Part shown: piece after piece, positions 25,452 to 32,000 of the stretch | Layout of the letters: every line of letters starts with the position of its first letter | Position numbering within the stretch: the stretch's first letter is position 1 | NCBI GenBank assembly: GCA_022843095.1 | Contig: JALHOH010000001.1 | Coordinates: 630,001 to 662,000, forward strand | Length of the DNA: 32,000 bases | Direction: 5' to 3' | DNA from: Candidatus Saccharimonadota bacterium | GTDB lineage: Bacteria > Patescibacteriota > Patescibacteriia > 2-12-FULL-60-25 | Notes under the pieces: model-generated | Database searches by the model: none | Told to the model about the DNA's origin: nothing | Seen by the model: only the letters and a program-made list of their open reading frames with translations | Translations under genes and position numbers: made by a program

Positions 25452-28400
25452 TCACGTTGGTGTCCCGGTGTGGTTGTTGGAGAGCGCGAACCGATGTTCG
25501 GTCCACGATCCCGGAGCGAGAGAGCTGCGCGCGAGATCGAGATTTCGTTCGTGGTGCGTAAGCAGCAGAATTTGGGTCGTCCGGGCGAACTCTGCGAGCA
25601 CTTCGAGGCCTGCGCGTGCGCGTTCATCGTCGAAGTGGATGAAGATGTCGTCGAGCACCAACGGCATCGGTTCTTGCGCGCCGAGGTGCTGCTCGAGGCT
25701 CGCGAGGCGCAGCGAAAGGTAGAGCTGATCGAGCGTACCGTCGCTCAGGCCATGCTTGACGTCGATCATTTCACTGCCGCGCGCGCAAATCAGCTTCGCC
25801 CGATCTCCTTCGTACTCGACGTGTAGGCCTTGGTAGCGCCCGAGCGTTAGCCGCTCGAACAGCGCGCCCGCCCGGCGAAGAATCGCGCCTTCGTTCTTCT
25901 GGCGGTAGTTCTCGATCGCTTTGCGAAGCAGTGCGCTGCCGAGTCGGAGCCGTGCGTATCGCTCCGCATCCGCTCGTGCGTGCGCGAGCAACTGATGCGC
26001 CTCGCCGAGCACGACCGCCGCGTCGTCGGACCCGGAGAATCTCTTCTTTCGCTCTTCGAGTGCGCCCTGCGCCTTGTGGTGCTCGTCATGCTCGGATTCG
26101 AGCGCCTTCAAGCCTTCGTCGAGCGCGGCCATCGACGCAGAAAGCTGGTCGCTGTCTGTATCTCTCGCTGCTTCTTCGAGAGCTTCCAGCGACCAGCCTT
26201 CGCCAACGTCGGCGAGGTGCTTCTCTGCATCGACCTTGCGCGCCTCGATTTGTCTCGCTTGGTTCGTGCGACTGATCTCGACGTCGAGTTCGGCAAGGTC
26301 GCGACACCCAACGCTCTGCAGCAGCGCGTCGAGTCGCTGCCGGGCGGTATTCAACGCAAGCGCCGCGTCTTCGTGTTCTCGTGCGAGATTCACGATTTGT
26401 TCGTCGATCGTCCGTCGACGCTCGGCGTTCTTCGTGGCAGTCGTGTGAAGTCGATCGAGCGCGTCTGCGCGTTCGATCGAAGTGCCGGTAAGTGCGGGCG
26501 CGAGTTCATCTACGAGCGCCTTCACGGCAGCATCGAATTTCGCCATTTCCTTCTCGATCGCTCGGAGCCGCGCCTCCTGGCGCTCGCAGCTCGCCTCCAA
26601 GCGAAAGATCTCTGCGAGTCCGTCCATCACAACGTGCGCTTGCTCAATGAGGGCATCCTCTGGGAGCCGGAGCTTCGCCACGGCTTCGCGCCACAAGTTG
26701 CGCCACGCCGCCTGCTCGTTTTGGTACTGCACGAGCTGCTCCTCGATCTCCTCGAGCTGTCTCTGGTCGTTGCTGAGGTTGTGTTGGAGGAGCTTGCGGG
26801 ACTCGTCACGCGCACTGGCCGTCTTCAGCGTCTGCTCTGCATGCACGAGTAGCGCGAGCCACGACATCGTGCCCGGTGACGCATCAGCGATGTTCAGTGC
26901 GTGCTCGATCGTGTGCGTTTGTTCTTGCATCGTCGCGCGCAGGGCCTCGAGCTTCGCGGCGCGTTCGTTGCGGCGATGCGCTTGCTCGACGATCGCCGAG
27001 TGCTCTGCGCGCCAACGGAGCATGTCGCGTGGACGCAACGGTTCGAAGCCGCACGCGAGCCAAAGTCGCCGCCACTCATCGTTGCGCTGCTGAATGCGCT
27101 CGTCGATCTCGTGCAACTCGCGCTGGCACGCGACGAGCTCCGAGGCGAGCGCTTCCTCGGTTCGTCGAAACCCGAGTAGCTCTGCAGCCCGCCGCGCATC
27201 GCGGTTGAGCTCGTCGGCGAGTTCGTCGGCGGAGCGCACGCTCGCGACGTACTCCATCTCCAGTGACTCGCCGGGATGTGTCTCGGGGTCTGGGAGCGAG
27301 GGGGCGACTCCCGACCTCCAGGCAATCAGAACGCGTCGCCATACGCGCTCGCGGAGGGATCGTGCGTTCGCAACCCGTTCTACGGACGATGGCTCGCCCG
27401 CTGCGACGACGGACGAGATGCTGGAACGAATGTCAGTCAGCTTCAGCTCGCACGCGCCGATGCGCTTGGTGATCTCGTTCCGTGAGCGTTCCTCGTGCTC
27501 GAAGGTCCGGTCGAAGTCGCGGATGACATCTTCTGGAAGGACAGGTAGCGCGAGCGCTTCGGTCAGCGCGCCACGCCACGGGGCGAGCTTGGGGAGGGCG
27601 GCGCCACAACCAGCATCGAGCTCCGCGAGCTGAGTCTCTGCCTCCCGCACGTTGTCCGCGAGCCTCTTGTCTGGTCGCAAGTACTCCCAGATCGCGCGGA
27701 GCGCTGTCGTGTCTTGGGGCTTTGCTTGCGCAGTGAGGTCATCGAGCTGCCGCGCGACAAGCGAGCGTTTCTTTCTGCCGCTCTCGAGCAACAACTGCAG
27801 ACTCGACTGCCGCTTGAGTTCCTCTTGCGCGAGGGAGCGAACGCGGGCGAGCGACGCGTCGTCGATTCTCTCGTTGCCCAGGTTGCGAGTGTCGACGTCC
27901 CCCCAGCCGATTCTACGTAGGTGCTCCCGCTGCTCGTTGCGATAGGTGATGATTTCCTTCTGAACGCCGGGATAGTCCCGTTGCTCCGTCTTGTGCTTGC
28001 CGAGGTGTTCGACCAACGAACGGATGCGAATGCTCGCACCGACGATCGCTTCGTTAACCTCCAGTTCATCGCGATCTCGTGACGCTCGTTCGAGCGCTCT
28101 GCTCGTGCGGAGACAGGTCTCTTCGGCGTGTTCGACGGCGAGCTCGAGCTGGTTGCGTTGGTGCTCGATGTCTCGTGGCAGTCGTGCTTGTTCCCCCACG
28201 GCCAAGAGTTCGCGTTGTGCCGCCTCGCGGAGCCGAAGCCACGGCAACGCTCGCAGCAATCGCTCGAGACGGTGGCGTTCGGCACGGCAACGCGCCTTCT
28301 CGTCGATCAGTTGTTGCTGCTTCACGGTTGCCGCGTCGATCTCGCTCGAGATCGAGAGCCAGTCCTTCGGCGGGGCCGCGAGTGCCTTCATGCGGGCAAG

Positions 28401-28976
28401 CCGTTCGCGGTAGGCGACGAGCGACTTGGTGATCGACCCTGCGTTTCCGCCGGACGAAAGGAGCTTCTCTGCGTCTGCGTCGAGGCGCTGAAGCGTTCGG
28501 TGGAGCGTCGTGCCGTCGAGCGATGCGCCGAAGAGCATCTTGCCGAGGTCTGTCTTCGGATCGGCGAGCGCTGCGCCAGCGTGACGGAGTTGCTCGTGGC
28601 TGAGGCCAAACATCTGCTCGAAGTGTTTGCGATCACTGATGCTGAGCCAGGCCCTGAGTACGGCCTCGTCGACGTTTGCCTCCTTCGAGTCAAGCAACGT
28701 GGCGCGGTTGCCTTTCTTGCGGACGAACGTGCGTGTGTCCCCATTGGAGTGGAGGAGTGTTGCGCCGATACGAAGCTCGCTCATTGCGTGCAGGTGCGCG
28801 TCGCTGGTCTGCGTCTCGATTCCGTAGAAAAAGCCGGTGATCGCTCGGAGCGTTGTGCTCTTGCCGGCCTCGTTGGGGCCGTACACGATGTGAAAGTTCG
28901 GGCCGGCGGCGAGGAACTCTAGCGACCGACGCGTGAACGGGCCGTACGCGAGCAGATCAAGACGGAGAAGCTTCAC
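25452..28976 (-). CDS. SbcC/YhaN-like AAA ATPase with a long coiled coil (1174 aa)
   Basis: The GTG start overlaps the upstream stop (GTGA at 28973-28976). Walker A is YGPNEAGKST. A heptad-like Glu/Arg/Leu-rich middle region of about 900 aa follows. The ABC signature is LSDGTLDQLYLSLRLA, Walker B is PLVLDDIFIHFD, and the H-loop is ILLLTHHE. Confidence 0.9.
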   Translation of the reverse strand: MKLLRLDLLAYGPFTRRSLEFLAAGPNFHIVYGPNEAGKSTTLRAITGFFYGIETQTSDAHLHAMSELRIGATLLHSNGDTRTFVRKKGNRATLLDSKEANVDEAVLRAWLSISDRKHFEQMFGLSHEQLRHAGAALADPKTDLGKMLFGASLDGTTLHRTLQRLDADAEKLLSSGGNAGSITKSLVAYRERLARMKALAAPPKDWLSISSEIDAATVKQQQLIDEKARCRAERHRLERLLRALPWLRLREAAQRELLAVGEQARLPRDIEHQRNQLELAVEHAEETCLRTSRALERASRDRDELEVNEAIVGASIRIRSLVEHLGKHKTEQRDYPGVQKEIITYRNEQREHLRRIGWGDVDTRNLGNERIDDASLARVRSLAQEELKRQSSLQLLLESGRKKRSLVARQLDDLTAQAKPQDTTALRAIWEYLRPDKRLADNVREAETQLAELDAGCGAALPKLAPWRGALTEALALPVLPEDVIRDFDRTFEHEERSRNEITKRIGACELKLTDIRSSISSVVAAGEPSSVERVANARSLRERVWRRVLIAWRSGVAPSLPDPETHPGESLEMEYVASVRSADELADELNRDARRAAELLGFRRTEEALASELVACQRELHEIDERIQQRNDEWRRLWLACGFEPLRPRDMLRWRAEHSAIVEQAHRRNERAAKLEALRATMQEQTHTIEHALNIADASPGTMSWLALLVHAEQTLKTASARDESRKLLQHNLSNDQRQLEEIEEQLVQYQNEQAAWRNLWREAVAKLRLPEDALIEQAHVVMDGLAEIFRLEASCERQEARLRAIEKEMAKFDAAVKALVDELAPALTGTSIERADALDRLHTTATKNAERRRTIDEQIVNLAREHEDAALALNTARQRLDALLQSVGCRDLAELDVEISRTNQARQIEARKVDAEKHLADVGEGWSLEALEEAARDTDSDQLSASMAALDEGLKALESEHDEHHKAQGALEERKKRFSGSDDAAVVLGEAHQLLAHARADAERYARLRLGSALLRKAIENYRQKNEGAILRRAGALFERLTLGRYQGLHVEYEGDRAKLICARGSEMIDVKHGLSDGTLDQLYLSLRLASLEQHLGAQEPMPLVLDDIFIHFDDERARAGLEVLAEFARTTQILLLTHHERNLDLARSSLAPGSWTEHRFALSNNHTGTPT

Positions 28977-30229
28977 GGCGTTTCTCCGCTGTCGAGCAGC
29001 ATCGGGACGAGAAGTTGTTCGACCTCTGCGAGCGCATCTCGCACGGCGCTCGCCGTATCGAATGCGGGGCGATCGTCGGCGGGCACCGCAGCGAACTTCT
29101 GCTGCATGGGGGAGAGCTCGGCCACGAGCGCGTCGAGCGCCGCAGGGTCTTCACGCTGCGCAGCGATCGTACGAAGCAACTCGCCGAGTGGGGTCGGCTG
29201 TCGTCGTAGCTCCTCGATGTCGATCGGCGCTCGCGTGTCGAAGATCACTTTCTCGACCCACAGCGCTTCGAGTTCCGCCGCCCTCGCGCGGATCTCGGTT
29301 GCGTAGTGCTCGGAGCTCGCGATCAGTTCGCGGTGCGCTGGCGTTGCACCAAAGAGTCGTACGCGAACTGCGAGGGGCGTCGCCGCCTCGGTTCGGCGAA
29401 GCGCCTCGAGGCTCGCGAAGACGAGGTCGACCGCGTGCTGTGCGTTCTGCGCGTGATCGAGAGCAACCTCACGCAAGTACCACCGCATCACGTCGAGCGA
29501 GCGAGCGTCGAGGGTTGCCTGGCGATCAGCGACCGTGACGAGTGTCGCTCCTTTGGGACCGGTTTCGCGAATGTGTCTGCCCTGAAGATTGCCAGGAAAA
29601 ACGACGAATGGGTCGCTTCGGAGCACTTGACGCCGGTGCACGTGTCCGAGCGCCCAGTAGTCGTAGCCTCGATCGACGAGGCCTTGGATGGCGCATGGTG
29701 CGTAGACCGCGTGTTCCTTCGCGCTTCCGTCGGCGCTCGTGTGGAGCAGGCCGATATTGAACATGCCGTTGGCTGGCGGCGGGTACTTCGACGAGAGATC
29801 GTGCTGGACGTCGGCGTTTGCGTAGCTCTGTCCGTGCAGCGCGACGCCATGCTCCGCCAAGATGATCGTCTCGGGCTTCGAAGCGGAGAACTCGCGGACG
29901 TTCGACGGTAGTTGAAGTGACTTTGTCATCGAGTTCACCGCATCGTGGTTGCCGCGCACGATGAAGACTCGAATCTCGCGCTCCTTGAGTCGAAGCATCT
30001 GCTGGTTGAAGAAGAGCCCCGTGTTGAAGTCCTTCCAGTCTCCGTCGAAGAGGTCTCCGACAATCAGCAAGAAGGCGACCTTCTCATCAATGCAGCAGTC
30101 GACGAGACGGACGAACGCCTGCCGAGTCGCGCTGCGGATCTCTGCCGATGGTGCGCCGTCGTATCGCTCGAGGCCTTTCAGCGGGCTGTCGAGGTGAATG
30201 TCGGCGGAGTGCATGAACTTGAAGGTCAC
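28973..30229 (-). CDS. SbcD/Mre11/YhaO-like metallophosphoesterase (DNA repair exonuclease family, 418 aa)
   Basis: Calcineurin-like motifs occur in order: FMHSADIHLD, LLIVGDLFD, FIVRGNHD and WALGHVHRRQ. I chose GTG at 30229 (VTFKFMHSADIHL); ATG at 30214 is an alternative. The ORF-track N-terminal 56 aa look non-coding. Confidence 0.88.
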   Translation of the reverse strand: MTFKFMHSADIHLDSPLKGLERYDGAPSAEIRSATRQAFVRLVDCCIDEKVAFLLIVGDLFDGDWKDFNTGLFFNQQMLRLKEREIRVFIVRGNHDAVNSMTKSLQLPSNVREFSASKPETIILAEHGVALHGQSYANADVQHDLSSKYPPPANGMFNIGLLHTSADGSAKEHAVYAPCAIQGLVDRGYDYWALGHVHRRQVLRSDPFVVFPGNLQGRHIRETGPKGATLVTVADRQATLDARSLDVMRWYLREVALDHAQNAQHAVDLVFASLEALRRTEAATPLAVRVRLFGATPAHRELIASSEHYATEIRARAAELEALWVEKVIFDTRAPIDIEELRRQPTPLGELLRTIAAQREDPAALDALVAELSPMQQKFAAVPADDRPAFDTASAVRDALAEVEQLLVPMLLDSGETP

Positions 30230-30467
30230 GTGCTTCTCTTGCCTTTCCACTACACGAAGCGTTGCAGCGACCCTCGCGAGACGCAGGAGGAAGTCGGAAG
30301 TTGCGCACCGAATCCCCCCATGATGTCGTTGCGATCGAGCGCTGTCGGGAGCGAATAGTGTCACGAAAGCGTCCGCAGATACATCCATCCAGCGCAATCT
30401 CGTGCGCGTGGTCTGCCGCGAGGCGTCTCTTGAAATGAGCCCGTATTCCGCTCAAAGTCACATGGAT

Positions 30468-30869
30468 TCAAGGCGCGATCTCGCACTCGATCACGATGTC
30501 GTGCACTGATCTGGCAAGCAGTGCGAACGTAGCATCTATCTGTTCGTTTTGCGCTGACGGAGCCGAGTAGCGCAGCTGCGGCAGCACGAGGCACACACAG
30601 CCAGCAGCGCGCGCGGCGCAGAGAAGCGCATCGAGGTCTCGGGTGGTCATCGGCGCGTCTCCGACCAGGAGAATCGTGGGCGGGTCGGTCTGGAGAACTG
30701 CGAGTGCTGCCGCGATCGTCGCGTAGACGTTGACTACCTTCACCCACGACTCACGCTCGAACACGGAGCAAAGCGACGTGCGCGCAACATCGCGCTGATC
30801 GAGAACTCCAATTGTATGTCGTCTGCTCTCTGGCATCACTCGTCTGTTATCGTTTCGCTGGGAGATCAT
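30468..30869 (-). CDS. receiver (REC)-like single-domain protein, probably atypical
   Basis: The beta-alpha pattern is IGVLDQRD ... VKVVNVYAT ... PPTILLVGDAPM ... CVCLVLP, with an Asp at the expected phospho-acceptor position. The usual Thr/Ser and Lys are not evident. The start is ambiguous (30869 or 30836). Confidence 0.4.
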   Translation of the reverse strand: MISQRNDNRRVMPESRRHTIGVLDQRDVARTSLCSVFERESWVKVVNVYATIAAALAVLQTDPPTILLVGDAPMTTRDLDALLCAARAAGCVCLVLPQLRYSAPSAQNEQIDATFALLARSVHDIVIECEIAP

Positions 30870-30979
30870 ACTCCTTGGTCTTGCGTCTCGTTGCGCAGCG
30901 CGCTCACACGTTCACGCAGGGGTGACCATCACAGGAGCCCCACGCGAATGCTTCATGCTCAGCGCGGGGTCGCGTTGAG

Positions 30980-31210
30980 TCACGCTGAACAGCCGCCGTG
31001 AAGATGGCGCCCGCACCGACCGCAGCCAGAGCAGCAGAGCACATCCTCGAGTTTGCACGATGAGCAACGCGCCGCCTTCGGCAACAACATTGGCGCGAAC
31101 GCCCCCTTGCACCCCGTGTGCAGGTGTTCGCCGCACCGGCCGCATGAAGAGCAGCAGAGCACTCCGGATCGAAGATCCTCGCAGCACACGGCCTTGATCG
31201 CGTTGATCAT
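30980..31210 (-). CDS. small Cys/His-rich protein (76 aa) with an internal duplication
   Basis: By my manual translation about three quarters of third positions are G/C. There are 14 Cys in 76 aa. The duplicated motif is VLCCSSCGRCGEHLHTGC and VLCCSGCGRCGRHLHGGC. There is no obvious SD site. The competing 199-aa ORF in another frame looks like Arg-rich shadow. Confidence 0.45.
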   Translation of the reverse strand: MINAIKAVCCEDLRSGVLCCSSCGRCGEHLHTGCKGAFAPMLLPKAARCSSCKLEDVLCCSGCGRCGRHLHGGCSA

Positions 31211-31410
31211 GATTCAAACGGTATCGCGCCCTCGTGTCGGTGGGGGAGGGGCTAGCCTCGCAAACCAACGCCGGGCGACGGCGCGAGGCGGGATCGCAGT
31301 CGAAGGCGATCGCTGTCGCGGCGTCAATAGCGACCCCAGCTCTTGGCGTTGTTGCTTCCCGTGGGCTGGTTTCGCGCAGTGGTCCAGAGATTGGCAAACG
31401 AGCAACGCGC

Positions 31411-31989
31411 TTACGGTTCCAGGCCCCATGTCGTGGTTCCAAAGAGCCGTCCGCCGGTGTCCGTCGGTCCTCGACCGACGAACGAACGATCGGAAAGCCG
31501 CGCGACAACAACGTCGATGTGTGGCTTTTCGCTCACGAGCAGTTCAACCGTTGGTCGATAGCCGACGAGCGCGACGATCACGATCTGTTTTACGCCCAGC
31601 TTTTCAAGAGGATCGAGCAATGCGCGCAGCGACTTGCCCGTGTTGATGACTGCATCGACCACCACGACCACCCGATTGGACGCGGGCAGCACAGGCGGCG
31701 TGTCCGCGCGGCTGTCGTGGAGGACAAGTGAGCTTCGAGCGAATCGCTCCCACACTCCTTCGGCGAGAAAGAGTCCGGCGCGCAGCATGGCGAGAACGAT
31801 CGGCTCTTCCCCTTCGCGAATGCGAACCCCGACCGACGTGCCGGTGACGTGTTCGATGGTGGCTTCCTCGAGCGTCACGTGCCTCGCGACGCATGACGCG
31901 AGCGCGCGACCGACCTCACGGTGAGCGTGAGCAAGCGCGGCTCCATGCGTCTCTGCGCGGCGAGTCACATCAACCAGCAGTCGGATCAT
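31411..31989 (-). CDS. uracil phosphoribosyltransferase (Upp) family protein (192 aa)
   Basis: VLAMLRAGL corresponds to PILRAGL in Upp. The PRPP-binding loop VVVVDAVINTGKS corresponds to IVDPMLATGGS. The C-terminal GPTDTGGRLFGTT corresponds to GLGDAGDKIFGT. Substrate specificity cannot be confirmed. Confidence 0.75.
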   Translation of the reverse strand: MIRLLVDVTRRAETHGAALAHAHREVGRALASCVARHVTLEEATIEHVTGTSVGVRIREGEEPIVLAMLRAGLFLAEGVWERFARSSLVLHDSRADTPPVLPASNRVVVVVDAVINTGKSLRALLDPLEKLGVKQIVIVALVGYRPTVELLVSEKPHIDVVVARLSDRSFVGRGPTDTGGRLFGTTTWGLEP

Positions 31990-32000
31990 TGGGTCAGCGG

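Noticed and set aside
30912-31511. 199-aa minus-strand ORF overlapping the Cys-rich ORF and the 3-prime end of the Upp-like gene.
   Set aside because: The product is Arg/Pro/Ser-rich without motifs, and the ORF overlaps the well-supported Upp-family gene by 101 nt. The 76-aa frame has better codon bias and a striking duplicated motif.
1-32000. Searched by eye for CRISPR arrays, tRNA/rRNA genes, IS elements with terminal inverted repeats, integrase/att sites and long non-coding tandem repeats.
   Set aside because: None found. The only repeats seen are coding repeats (the FG-GAP blades and the duplicated Cys-rich unit) and the protein-level paralog pair. The low-GC cassette has no flanking direct repeats or recombinase that I could detect.

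Overview
High-GC (about 67-70% by hand counts of 60-nt lines) bacterial chromosomal segment. It is probably from a myxobacterium; this is an inference from composition plus a lipoprotein that combines Cys-rich repeats with FG-GAP repeats. The window is dominated by one minus-strand operon of ten genes (4790-22583, about 17.8 kb, about 5,900 codons). Five of its junctions are 4-nt ATGA/GTGA stop-start overlaps. The other four are gaps of 5-39 nt, three of them carrying a GGAG-type Shine-Dalgarno (SD) site. The operon encodes four giant proteins (1094, 1003, 1524 and 582 aa) with no catalytic or secretion motif I can recognise. It also encodes an 810-aa PhoD-like metallophosphatase without a signal peptide, a 4-TM membrane protein and two small proteins. 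Two diverged paralogous beta-rich proteins of about 250-270 aa form its first and last genes. A block of about 5.4 kb at about 50-55% GC (about 16060-21465) sits inside the operon, and its left edge falls within the 1094-aa gene. I consider this operon the best candidate for an undescribed multi-protein system. Its function cannot be read from the sequence. Flanking genes are listed here. Left: a possible PD-(D/E)xK-like protein (214-1593) and a seven-repeat FG-GAP lipoprotein (2020-4185). Right: a small lipoprotein and a winged-helix protein. Further right is a minus-strand set: an SbcD/YhaO-like phosphoesterase, a 1174-aa SbcC/YhaN-like ATPase and a 320-aa unknown protein. It is followed by a receiver-like protein, a 76-aa Cys/His-rich ORF with an internal duplication, and a Upp-family phosphoribosyltransferase. 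I saw no rRNA, tRNA, CRISPR array, transposase or integrase. All homology statements rest on motifs read by eye, and no database search was possible.
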